Below, one piece after another: positions 9,077 through 17,360 of a DNA stretch of 32,000 nt. Numbering within the stretch: position 1 is the stretch's first letter; each line of letters opens with the position of its first letter. The DNA is taken from the NCBI RefSeq assembly GCF_035285525.1, contig NZ_JAYKGW010000050.1, forward strand, positions 10,288 to 42,287, in the 5' to 3' direction. The notes beneath the pieces are model-generated. The model made no database searches. It was not told the origin of the DNA and saw only the letters and a list, made by a program, of their open reading frames with translations. The translations under genes were made by a program, and so were the position numbers. The DNA comes from Okeania sp. Its GTDB lineage: Bacteria; Cyanobacteriota; Cyanobacteriia; Cyanobacteriales; Microcoleaceae.

Positions 9077-9598
9077 ATGATTAAACAAATTTTTTCTAAA
9101 TTTATGTTAATAATTGGATTAGTTTTGCTGATATTTGTTTATCAAAGTACGTTGATAATAAATCCAGCAAACGCTTTAATTAGAAAAATTGAAGAAGCAC
9201 CTAATCAAATAGTTTATCAAGCCAAATATACCTTAAGAGATGATACAAAAAACTCCTGGCAAATAGTATTCTATAAACGTCTAAAATCAGGTGAAGTAGA
9301 TACTATTAATTTGCGTTTAGTAGCTTTTCCTGGCAGTGTAGAATTTACTCATCCACAACCTTTAAAAATTAGCTTGAATCAGAATAAAGATAATCAAATA
9401 TTTCTAGCTAGAGATAATTTTGCCGAAAAAGCACCAGGTAATAATGTAGGTGACTATCAATTTCCAGAAGATTTTTTAAGCCTCGAAACAAGTACAAAAC
9501 TTTTTCTATATTTACCTTTAAAAGCTCACCAAGAAACAAGAATCAAAATACCTTTCCCAATCTTATTAGAATGGCAAGAAATTATTAGTCATAAATAA
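9077..9598 (+). CDS. Hypothetical exported or membrane-anchored protein (cyanobacterial, function unknown)
   Basis: ATG start. The N-terminus has a hydrophobic signal/anchor (MIKQIFSKFMLIIGLVLLIFVYQSTLIINPANA). The 173-aa ORF lies in otherwise ORF-free DNA. I recognised no catalytic motif. Confidence 0.6.
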   Translation: MIKQIFSKFMLIIGLVLLIFVYQSTLIINPANALIRKIEEAPNQIVYQAKYTLRDDTKNSWQIVFYKRLKSGEVDTINLRLVAFPGSVEFTHPQPLKISLNQNKDNQIFLARDNFAEKAPGNNVGDYQFPEDFLSLETSTKLFLYLPLKAHQETRIKIPFPILLEWQEIISHK

Positions 9599-9605
9599 AA
9601 AATAG

Positions 9606-9785
9606 GTAAGCATTCAGCTATTCCTACCGAATGCGCTCCCATTCAGCAATATAGTCCTTTGCTCAAACACGGGGTTTAAATGAACATAAACTTTAGAGTT
9701 GACTTTTTCAGTAAGATTTTTCGTTTCTTAGTCAATAAAACTTTTATTACAAACTAAAAGCAATAGCTGATAGCTGAATGCTTAC
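9606..9785. mobile_element. Family B MITE-like element, 180 bp
   Basis: It has a perfect 16-bp terminal inverted repeat (gtaagcattcagctat / atagctgaatgcttac). An 8-bp direct repeat, aaaaatag, flanks it at 9598-9605 and 9786-9793. The element starts 7 nt after the stop of ORF 9077-9598. Confidence 0.85.
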
Positions 9786-9791
9786 AAAAAT

Positions 9792-9840
9792 AGGACTTAC
9801 GCAGGAGAACCCAGAAACCGAGTTTCTTTGCATAAGTCCT
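9792..9840. mobile_element. Family A mini-element (GGACTTACGCA...TGCATAAGTCC), 49 bp
   Basis: The ends are ggacttacgca / tgcataagtcc. TA lies outside both ends (9791-92 and 9840-41). The core contains an agaaaccgagtttct palindrome. Confidence 0.55.
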
Positions 9841-9964
9841 AAAAAAATATAGCAATCTTTAGTAGGTGCTAAAACCTAAACATTGTGCAATAAACTTACT
9901 CAATAGTTAAGCTTTCAACCTCAAATTAGATTGCTATATTTTTCGGTTAATATTTAGAAATTAT

Positions 9965-10155
9965 GTAAGCATTCAACTCCTAGCATTCAGGTCTTAGCTC
10001 TTAGCTTTTTAATCAATGATGTAGCTTGATAGACTATTAAAATTAACTGATGGACTTTTGCCCATACTTTATAATTCCTTGAAATCTCTCAAATTGCTTT
10101 TTATCCTTTAAATGTGATGAAGCTGTTAGCTGATGGCTGATTGCTGAATGCTTAC
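9965..10155. mobile_element. Family B MITE-like element, 191 bp
   Basis: The ends are gtaagcattcaac / gctgaatgcttac (12 of 13 complementary). An 8-bp direct repeat, gaaattat, flanks it at 9957-9964 and 10156-10163. Confidence 0.8.
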
Positions 10156-10194
10156 GAAATTATTGATAATAATTACTTTGCCATATTCAAGTAA

Positions 10195-10569
10195 TTATCT
10201 CTTTTTCTTAATATCACGAGCCATATTTTTAAAGTCTATTCCATCATTAGAATTACTAACAGTACGAGGTTTAATCTTAGTAGGCTGAAATGTGGAAGAT
10301 TGGGTAAAACTAGAAGTAGAAGAAGAGGAGGAAGTTTGAGTTTCTGCTCCACTTTCTCTTTTTTGCGTAGAAGAAACAGACTTTTCTGTCTCTCCTTCTA
10401 TCACATTAAGTTTACCTGCTGCTTTGGGATAACTCCTCTTAACTGTCTTAGATTTCCGCATAAAGTCCACATTACCCATGCTACTTGCACTATCTGAATC
10501 TAGGAAGAAAGCTTCCTTCGGTTGATTATCGTCTTTTTTCCCAAACAGTCCTCTGATAAATCCTGTCAT
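10195..10569 (-). CDS. Hypothetical small basic Ser/Thr-rich protein
   Basis: ATG start at 10569. The 124-aa ORF has a low-complexity S/T-rich centre (SSSSSTSSFTQSSTF) and a basic C-terminus. I recognised no family, so whether it is coding is uncertain. Confidence 0.45.
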   Translation of the reverse strand: MTGFIRGLFGKKDDNQPKEAFFLDSDSASSMGNVDFMRKSKTVKRSYPKAAGKLNVIEGETEKSVSSTQKRESGAETQTSSSSSTSSFTQSSTFQPTKIKPRTVSNSNDGIDFKNMARDIKKKR

Positions 10570-10670
10570 TTGTCTTTTCTATCCTATAAAGATATTTTGC
10601 TTATGTTAATTTTATATTAAATTTTATCATAATCCTTCATAAAATTTCTCATTTTAAGGAGTAGGGAGTG

Positions 10671-10705
10671 GATAATTGATAATTGATAATTGATAATTGA
10701 TAATT
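10671..10705. repeat. Tandem heptamer array (GATAATT) x5
   Basis: Read directly from the sequence. It abuts the relic copy of the mnmE 3' end (10712-10737). Confidence 0.9.
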
Positions 10706-10973
10706 AAAATCACTTTCCAATACAAAAGCGACTAAAAGTTACAGCGCTTTCCGTGGTTATGAGGTAGATCAATCGTGGACAAGATCAATATTTTTACCAT
10801 TTACCATATATCTCATTTGCCCGAAATATGCTGTATATCCAAATTTAGAGAGTGGGTAAATAATGATTATCTAGATCAGAGCAAGACGCTCCCACTGTCG
10901 CCAACTGATAACTAATAACTGATATAGGAAGGGAACAAAATGCCCCCCACTATCACAAACTGATAACTGATTT

Positions 10974-11006
10974 AGGGAGTAGGGAGTAGGGAGTAGGGAG
11001 TAGGAG
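10974..11006. repeat. Tandem heptamer array (AGGGAGT) x4.7
   Basis: Read directly from the sequence. It lies inside the 340-bp segment between the two 26-bp mnmE-end copies. Confidence 0.9.
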
Positions 11007-11075
11007 CTAATGGCCATTATGTAGGAAGAGAGCAAGATGCTCTCACTGTAGCCAAATAATAACTGATAACTGAAA

Positions 11076-12446
11076 TTACTTTCCAATACAAAAGCGACTA
11101 AAAATTCTATCCAAAACAGACTCCGTTACATCTTCTCCCGTCACCTCTCCCAAAGCATAAATTGCTCCCCTTAAATCTATCGTCCAAAAATCTAAAGGTA
11201 AATTATTTTTAATAGTATTTAAACATTGCTCCAAAGATATCTTAGCTCTCCTTAAAGCTGCTGCTTGCCTTTGATTTACTGCAAAATCTAAGTTTTCTAC
11301 CTCCACATTATCCAAATTTACAGCCTTAATAATTGCTGCTTCCAAATCCTCAATTCCTTCATTATTAATAACTGCTGTAGTCACAATATTTTTAATAGTT
11401 TCTGGATAAAAAATTGACTTAATTAACTCTCCCTGAACCAAATCAACCTTATTAATTATCAAAATTAAAGAACGATGTTTTACCTGTTCATAAATAAACT
11501 CATCTAACTCCGTCCAACCAGCCTCAGCGTCAATCGTCAATAAAACCAGGTCAGCAGACTTAGCTGCCCCATAGGACCGCTCCACCCCAATTTTTTCCAC
11601 CCGATCCTCAGTTTCCCGAATACCAGCCGTATCCAAAACCTGCACCGGAATCCCACCCACCACCAAATGGGACTCCACCACATCCCTAGTCGTTCCCGGA
11701 AGCTCCGTCACAATAGCGCGATCGCTACGACTCCAAGCATTCAACAAACTGGACTTACCCACATTCGGACGTCCCACAATAGCCACCTTCAAACCAGTCC
11801 GTAACAATTCTCCACGATTTGCCGTGCCTAAAACTATTGACAAATCATTCAAAATACTATCTATTTTTTGACTAATTTCCGATTCATCCAAAGGGGGCAA
11901 ATCTTCCTCAAAATCAATCCGAGCCTCTATTTCAGCCAAAACGTCCAGACAATCGGCCCTCAACCGACGAATGGGACTAGCCAACTTACCCTGTAAACCA
12001 GCCAAAGCAACTTGAGCAGCAGCAGGAGATTGAGAACCCACCAGCTCGGCAATACTTTCAGCCTGAGTCAAATCCAATCGTCCATTCAAAAAAGCTCGTA
12101 AAGTAAACTCTCCTGGTTGAGCTAATCGTGCCCCCGCTTCAATACATAATTGCAATACTTTTTGAATAGAAATAATTCCTCCATGACAGTGAAACTCTAT
12201 TACATCCTCACGGGTATAAGAACGAGGAGCCTTCATAATCAATAACAAAGCTTCATCTACTAACTGCCCAGTTTGGGGATGACGAATATAACCATAGAGA
12301 ATACGGTGAGTCTCCCAAACCTGTTGACCCGGTGCATGAAATAGGGTGGTAGCAATTTTCATTGATTCCGAACCAGACATTCGGACGATACCCACACTTC
12401 CTTGTTGGGGAACAATAGCAGTAGCGATCGCAGCAATAGTATCCAT
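11076..12446 (-). CDS. mnmE: tRNA modification GTPase MnmE (TrmE)
   Basis: The N-terminus is [21 protein letters not shown]. The G-domain motifs are [18 protein letters not shown] and NKVD. The C-terminus ends in the CIGK motif. Length is 456 aa with an ATG start. Confidence 0.97.
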   Translation of the reverse strand: MDTIAAIATAIVPQQGSVGIVRMSGSESMKIATTLFHAPGQQVWETHRILYGYIRHPQTGQLVDEALLLIMKAPRSYTREDVIEFHCHGGIISIQKVLQLCIEAGARLAQPGEFTLRAFLNGRLDLTQAESIAELVGSQSPAAAQVALAGLQGKLASPIRRLRADCLDVLAEIEARIDFEEDLPPLDESEISQKIDSILNDLSIVLGTANRGELLRTGLKVAIVGRPNVGKSSLLNAWSRSDRAIVTELPGTTRDVVESHLVVGGIPVQVLDTAGIRETEDRVEKIGVERSYGAAKSADLVLLTIDAEAGWTELDEFIYEQVKHRSLILIINKVDLVQGELIKSIFYPETIKNIVTTAVINNEGIEDLEAAIIKAVNLDNVEVENLDFAVNQRQAAALRRAKISLEQCLNTIKNNLPLDFWTIDLRGAIYALGEVTGEDVTESVLDRIFSRFCIGK

Positions 12447-12452
12447 TTTTTT

Positions 12453-12487
12453 CAGTTATCAGTTATCAGTTATCAGTTATCAGTTAG
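12453..12487. repeat. Tandem heptamer array (CAGTTAT) x5
   Basis: Read directly from the sequence. It starts 7 nt upstream of the mnmE start codon, in the divergent mnmE/xisH spacer. Confidence 0.9.
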
Positions 12488-12539
12488 CCTCCTGGATCGA
12501 AACTGCTTCTTACAGAAGAGCTTCGCTAACGTTAACAGT

Positions 12540-12603
12540 TATCAGCAGGAAACTGGAAATACTGAATTTGATTTTTTTCTGTGAGAATAATTATAGCAAC
12601 AAA
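12540..12603. repeat. Left copy of the 64-bp direct repeat bracketing xisH-xisI
   Basis: The sequence tatcagcaggaaactggaaatactgaatttgatttttttctgtgagaataattatagcaacaaa matches 13487-13550 at 59 of 64 positions. Confidence 0.9.
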
Positions 12604-12714
12604 AATCATCCGATGATTCATATTATCATAGTCTATGATAATTTGTGTTGAGTTGCGTTATTGCTTAAATTAACCTACAATTCATTAAACATCAAACTAC
12701 AGAAAAACTAACTA

Positions 12715-13143
12715 ATGGCTGCTAGAGACTTTCATCACGATACTGTCAAAACTGCTTTAATCAAAGATAGTTGGACTATTACTGACGATCCACTGGTTCT
12801 CAAAATTGGTATTCGTAACGTCTTTGTTGATATGGGTGCGGAAAAATTAATTGCTGCAGAACGAGGTACTGTCAAAATAGCTGTTGAAGTCAAAACTTTT
12901 ATGGGAACTTCTTTTGTTAACGAGCTGGAAAAAGCATGGGGGCAATTTTTTTTATATAGTAGAATATTAAAGAAACAAGACTCATTACGTCAAATATATT
13001 TGGCAGTCGAGTCTAATGTTTTTGAAACCTTATTTAAGCAGGAAGTTGCACAACTTTTGTTAGAAGAACCTGGTTTTTGTCTGTTTGTTTTTGATGCACA
13101 GAAAGAGGAAATTATTCAATGGAAACCACAAATCAACTCTTAG
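12715..13143 (+). CDS. xisH: XisH family protein (fdxN-element excision controlling factor-like)
   Basis: The N-terminus MAARDFHHDTVKTALIKDSWTITDDP is characteristic of the family. The D...E-V-K pattern (VFVDMG...IAVEVKTF) is present. Length is 142 aa, and the gene overlaps the following xisI as is typical for the pair. Confidence 0.88.
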   Translation: MAARDFHHDTVKTALIKDSWTITDDPLVLKIGIRNVFVDMGAEKLIAAERGTVKIAVEVKTFMGTSFVNELEKAWGQFFLYSRILKKQDSLRQIYLAVESNVFETLFKQEVAQLLLEEPGFCLFVFDAQKEEIIQWKPQINS

Positions 13144-13472
13144 ATCAGGAAAAATGGCGGGAAACACTGATAAATATCTTGCAATACTACGCCGATCTTC
13201 CTTACCGCTATGGTGACGTGAAAACATATCTCATTGTCAGTAGCGATCGCAACCATTTTCTGCTAATCAATGAAGGATGGCAGCAAAATGGGATCCGTTT
13301 ATATGGTACTATTGTTCATGCTGAAATTTGTAATGATAAAATTTGGATTCACCACGATGGTATCGAAGATGGGATTACGGATGAACTTGTTGATGCTGGA
13401 GTACCAAAGGATAAAATTGTACTTGCTTTTCATCCTCCTAAGATTCGTCAACATACTGGATATGGAGTTTAA
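13119..13472 (+). CDS. xisI: XisI family protein
   Basis: Motifs are HFLLINEGWQQNGIRLYGTIVHAEICNDKIWIHHDGIEDGITDELVDAGVPKDKIVLAFHPP. Length is 117 aa. It overlaps the xisH 3' end by 25 nt. Confidence 0.88.
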   Translation: METTNQLLDQEKWRETLINILQYYADLPYRYGDVKTYLIVSSDRNHFLLINEGWQQNGIRLYGTIVHAEICNDKIWIHHDGIEDGITDELVDAGVPKDKIVLAFHPPKIRQHTGYGV

Positions 13473-13486
13473 TTTCAGTTATCATT

Positions 13487-13550
13487 TATCAGCAGGAAAC
13501 TGGAAATACTGAATTGGATTTTTTGCTGTCAGAACAATCATAGCAACAAA
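13487..13550. repeat. Right copy of the 64-bp direct repeat bracketing xisH-xisI
   Basis: It starts 15 nt after the xisI stop and is preceded by cagttat/catttat heptamers, as the left copy is. Confidence 0.9.
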
Positions 13551-13646
13551 TGGAGTGAAAGGGAGTAATCTAAGGGAGACAGGTCGATTCCTTCCTATCG
13601 TGGCAATGAAAATTTTTTAGCTAGACTCTATATGCTCCCTTATGCG

Positions 13647-13674
13647 CTAGGGTTTGGAGACCAAACCCCTACAG
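13647..13674. repeat. Family C palindrome (ctagggtttggagaccaaacccctacag)
   Basis: It has a 10-bp stem and 3-nt loop, followed by cagTTTTT, so it could act as an intrinsic terminator on the + strand. The same palindrome family occurs at 31606-31632 and, split by an insertion, at 27038-27275. Confidence 0.7.
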
Positions 13675-13860
13675 TTTTTGTTGAGGCATGATTTCTTATA
13701 GCTATAATGAATGATATCAAATCCGGTAGTATCGGTAGAAATAAATATCGTAGGGGTTTGGTATCCAATTTTTCGGGAACCGTACCCTTACAAACTAGCA
13801 GTTTTCCTCAATATTGATGGTAAACCTTGTTCTCCAAAGCCAGCGGATTTAATACGATCG

Positions 13861-13971
13861 GGACTTACGCACGAGTAACACAATCTCGACGTTTGAGATT
13901 GCTTTCCTCCGGAATGCTCCGCAAACGCACCTCGCGAGCAATGACAGAAACACGTTGTTCTGCGTAAGTCC
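13861..13971. mobile_element. Family A MITE-like element, 111 bp
   Basis: The terminal inverted repeats are ggacttacgca / tgcgtaagtcc. TA lies outside the right end. The element has no ORF. Confidence 0.6.
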
Positions 13972-14029
13972 TAATGATACAAAAAACATTTAAAGCTATA
14001 ATATTCAACCAAAACAAATTTATTTAAGT

Positions 14030-14587
14030 ATGTTTAAAAATATCTCAAAAATTCCAGAACAACTTTTACCCAATCTAATTCAAAAAAAATTTCCATCAAA
14101 TAAAAATAAACCGCCAAAATTTTACAGATACGGGCAATATTTATATTGGCGTTTTATCCGAATGCGGGAAACTCCCGAATATATTGCTAGAGGTTTAGCA
14201 GTAGGAGTATTTGCTGGATTATTTCCTATTTTTGGTTTTCAAACCATAGTTGGTGTCGCATTAGCAACTTTATTCAGAGGTCATAAAGTTGTTGCTGCTG
14301 TTGGAACTTGGGTCAGTAATCCTTTAACTTATTTACCAATATATGCAATTAATTTTCAAGTTGGTCAATGGTTACTGAAGTCTCAAGAGCAGTTTGTTCC
14401 TGCAAGTATACTTTCATTTTCAGAATTAATTCAATATGGAACTAAATTTGTCACATCTCTATTTTTAGGCTGTTTAGTAATGGGTATAATTAGTGGAATA
14501 TTCAGTTATTTTGTAGGTTTAAAATTAATTCATTTCTGGCGTAGCGATCGCCGTAAAAAATCCTCTTCAATGGACTCTTCTTTCTGA
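14030..14587 (+). CDS. DUF2062-family membrane protein
   Basis: ATG start. The segment ETPEYIARGLAVGVFAGLFPIFGFQTIVGVALATLFRGHKVVAAVGTWVSNPLTYLPIY matches my memory of the DUF2062 core. It has about 3-4 hydrophobic helices. Confidence 0.75.
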   Translation: MFKNISKIPEQLLPNLIQKKFPSNKNKPPKFYRYGQYLYWRFIRMRETPEYIARGLAVGVFAGLFPIFGFQTIVGVALATLFRGHKVVAAVGTWVSNPLTYLPIYAINFQVGQWLLKSQEQFVPASILSFSELIQYGTKFVTSLFLGCLVMGIISGIFSYFVGLKLIHFWRSDRRKKSSSMDSSF

Positions 14588-14622
14588 TTAAAAATATCAA
14601 ATTCATTGGCATTTATCTTATA

Positions 14623-14700
14623 AGAAACCGGGTTTATGGGAGACAGATATCAGTAGAGTGGACATTATGGTTCCCGATCAATCATATAAACCCGGTTTCT
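14623..14700. repeat. Family D inverted repeat between convergent genes (possible bidirectional terminator)
   Basis: The arms are perfect 15-bp repeats, agaaaccgggtttat (14623-14637) and ataaacccggtttct (14686-14700), separated by 48 nt. It lies between the stop of the DUF2062 gene (14587) and the stop of sqr (14727). Confidence 0.8.
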
Positions 14701-14726
14701 CTGCTTTTACTGATACTATTGATTCA

Positions 14727-16022
14727 TTAATCCCTATTTACTAATTGATTAAGTGGCTGAAAAACATCCGCTTCAAAAGCTCTACCTGCCAACATCCGAT
14801 TCCAGTAAATCCAAGGTAGAGCATAAGCTTTAGCCAAAAACATAACATAACGTTCTTTAGTCGGATCTAGAGGGAAAGAAGGAGCCACTTTCTTCTCATA
14901 ATCAAATTCCGCCATGATCGCTGAATCATAACCAGTAATCAAAGGACAACAGGTATAACCGTCATATTTCGCCATTAATGGCTGACTCTTCATCTTTGAA
15001 AGCAGGTTTTCTACCACTATAGGTGTTTGTTTCCGAGCAGATGCCGCCGTTTTAGAAGTAGGAGCAGATGAAGCATCCCCTAAGCTAAATACATTAGGAT
15101 AACGATTGTGTTGCATTGTATATTTGTCTACATCTACCCAGCCTTTTTCATCAGCGAGGAGACTTTGTTTAATAAAATCAGGGCAACTCATCGGTGGACT
15201 AACATGAATCATATCATAGTGAATACTTACCTCTTCTACTCCGTTTTCAGTTGTGACATCAAAAATGGCTTCTTTACTATCTGCTTTAATTTCTTTCAGG
15301 TTATGTTGAAAATTAGTAGTAATTCCACGTCTTTGTACAACTTTTTCTAAGGTTGCATTGTATGCTGGAACCCCAAACATTCTTGTACCAGCGGTGCAAA
15401 ACATGACTTTAGTGTTAATTCCTACTCCTGCTCTCTGCTTAAAAGAGTCATCTGCCATATACATAATTTTTTGTGGTGCGCCACCACACTTAATGGGAGT
15501 ATTAGGATAGGTAAAAATCGCTGTACCCCCTGGGAAATTTTTAATAGTTTCCCAGGTGTAAGGGGCATAATCTTTGGAATAGTTGCTGGTGACTCCACCC
15601 TTACCTAATGCTTCTGGTAGTCCTTTAACTAAATGCCAGTCGATCTGGATACCCGGACAAAGAACGAGATAGTCATATTCTATTGTTTGACCTTGAGCTA
15701 AAGTCAAACAGTTGCGATCTGGATCGAGAGTGGTTACATAATCTTGAATCCATTTTGCCCCTTGAGGAATCACATCTTTTTCCTCTCGAATAAATTGATC
15801 GATGGGTGCAATGCCTCCTCCTACTAATGTCCATCCCGGTTGATAGTAGTGTTTCTGACTTGGTTCAATGATCGCAATATCTAAGTTAGATTGTTGTCTG
15901 AGCAGTTGAGCTGCAGTTGTAATTCCTGCTGCTCCACCACCGACAATAACAATTTGATAGTGAGAAACAGAATTAGTTAATGGAATAGATTTTTGTTGTT
16001 CAAGTTGTATGGTACTCACCAT
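14727..16022 (-). CDS. sqr: Sulfide:quinone oxidoreductase, type II (SQRDL-like)
   Basis: FAD fingerprint VIVGGGAAG. Hallmark motifs are HYYQPGWTLVGGG, IKCGGAPQK, HVSPPM and GDASSAPTSKTAA. AAGGAG lies 13 nt upstream of the ATG at 16022. Confidence 0.92.
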   Translation of the reverse strand: MVSTIQLEQQKSIPLTNSVSHYQIVIVGGGAAGITTAAQLLRQQSNLDIAIIEPSQKHYYQPGWTLVGGGIAPIDQFIREEKDVIPQGAKWIQDYVTTLDPDRNCLTLAQGQTIEYDYLVLCPGIQIDWHLVKGLPEALGKGGVTSNYSKDYAPYTWETIKNFPGGTAIFTYPNTPIKCGGAPQKIMYMADDSFKQRAGVGINTKVMFCTAGTRMFGVPAYNATLEKVVQRRGITTNFQHNLKEIKADSKEAIFDVTTENGVEEVSIHYDMIHVSPPMSCPDFIKQSLLADEKGWVDVDKYTMQHNRYPNVFSLGDASSAPTSKTAASARKQTPIVVENLLSKMKSQPLMAKYDGYTCCPLITGYDSAIMAEFDYEKKVAPSFPLDPTKERYVMFLAKAYALPWIYWNRMLAGRAFEADVFQPLNQLVNRD

Positions 16023-16147
16023 AATAAATTTTTCTCCTTGTTTAATTAATTAAAGTTGGCTGATTGATCGGGAACCGTAAAAGTCTTTTGTGTTCAGCAT
16101 TTAGCTAAAAGCTTTAACATTTATTTATCAATGTTTTAATATTTATA

Positions 16148-16236
16148 GGACTTACGCAGAGACCCTATATATATAGCGTCTAACACTATAGCGCAATAGT
16201 TTTTCAACTCTATACATAGTACCTTTGCGTCAGTCC
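16148..16236. mobile_element. Family A MITE-like element, 89 bp
   Basis: The ends are ggacttacgca / tgcgtcagtcc. TA lies outside both ends (16146-47 and 16237-38). Confidence 0.6.
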
Positions 16237-16575
16237 TAATCAGCAATCTCTAAATTAATTTATTTTTTTATATAATAAACATAAAAATCAGATATTTTGA
16301 TTTTTTTACATTTGTTTAAAGAATGAACGAATTGTTAGCGATCTAGAAAAGATATTAATATCAACGGGATCGTTTTTTTTATTACATTTTTTAAGAAATA
16401 TAAGTATAAAAAAGTATAGATCCCTAAAGAAACCGGGTTTCTGGGTTGTGCGATCAACCCGGTTTCTGGATTGTGCTGCGTAATAATATGTATAAAAAAG
16501 TATAGAAACCGGCTTGAAATTAAATTTTCAAACTGACACCTCACTTCTATAAACCCGGTTTATTAGTGGATAAAT

Positions 16576-17352
16576 TTACCGTTGAATTAACACAAAAATT
16601 CCCACAGCTAAAACAAAATAGCCAAAACCTTTTTGTAAACTTTTAGCATCAATTAAACGAGTCAGATAAGCACCAGCAATAGTGCCGAAACTAGCTGCGA
16701 TCGTGAAAGAAATCATTAAAGCCCAATCCAATTCCACCTGGTCAAGATAACCCGCAAACCCCGTCATAGATTTAAAAGCAATAATGATCAGGGAAGTCCC
16801 GATCGCTTCCTTCATCGGAATACCCCCTAAAAGGACTAAAGCCGGAATGATCGCAAAACCACCCCCTACACCCACAAATCCAGTTAAAATCCCTACTCCC
16901 AATCCTTCTAATGGGATAGCCCACCATTGACTGTGGCCTTCCTGATGACTATCATTCTCTGGTTCCGAGTCCTGATTTTTCACAGGTGGCTTTCCTTTCC
17001 GAATCATTAATACGCTGGCCAAAACCATGATGACAGCAAAGCAAATCAGTTGAAAAGTTTCCGTAATAAAGTCAAACGCTGCTATCCGCGCTCCCAGATA
17101 AGCCCCTAACATAGCAGCAGGAGCAAAAGTACCAGCCACTCGCCAATTAAGATTTCCTTGCATCCAGTGAGGAATTGCACCAATGAGACTCACAGAACCG
17201 ACAATGAATAAACTCATAGTGATGGCTTCTTTGGCCCCTATTTTCATAACGTAGATTAAAATTGGTACGGCTAGGATAGAACCCCCGCCACCAATCAAGC
17301 CCAGGCTTAGTCCAATACAAATCGCTAAAAAATGTCCAATAATCCAAATCAT
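16576..17352 (-). CDS. TauE/SafE (DUF81) family anion/sulfite exporter
   Basis: It is a multi-pass membrane protein with the duplicated GGGGS/GVGGG motifs (LIGGGGSILAVP and FVGVGGGFAIIP). The track start at 17412 is a TTG that would overlap the upstream gene. I prefer the ATG at 17352, 8 nt after the rhodanese stop. Confidence 0.85.
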   Translation of the reverse strand: MIWIIGHFLAICIGLSLGLIGGGGSILAVPILIYVMKIGAKEAITMSLFIVGSVSLIGAIPHWMQGNLNWRVAGTFAPAAMLGAYLGARIAAFDFITETFQLICFAVIMVLASVLMIRKGKPPVKNQDSEPENDSHQEGHSQWWAIPLEGLGVGILTGFVGVGGGFAIIPALVLLGGIPMKEAIGTSLIIIAFKSMTGFAGYLDQVELDWALMISFTIAASFGTIAGAYLTRLIDAKSLQKGFGYFVLAVGIFVLIQR

Positions 17353-17360
17353 AATTTCGT

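Noticed and set aside
12715-13472. xisH/xisI taken as evidence that the window lies in a developmentally excised (fdxN-type) element.
   Set aside because: No XisF/XisA/XisC-type recombinase and no interrupted target gene is present in the window. xisHI pairs commonly occur outside such elements.
13551-13625. tRNA-like T-arm string (aggtcgattcc) downstream of the xisHI cassette, a possible tRNA integration site.
   Set aside because: I could not build a T-stem, acceptor stem or anticodon arm around it. There is no CCA-proximal acceptor pairing. It is probably a chance resemblance.
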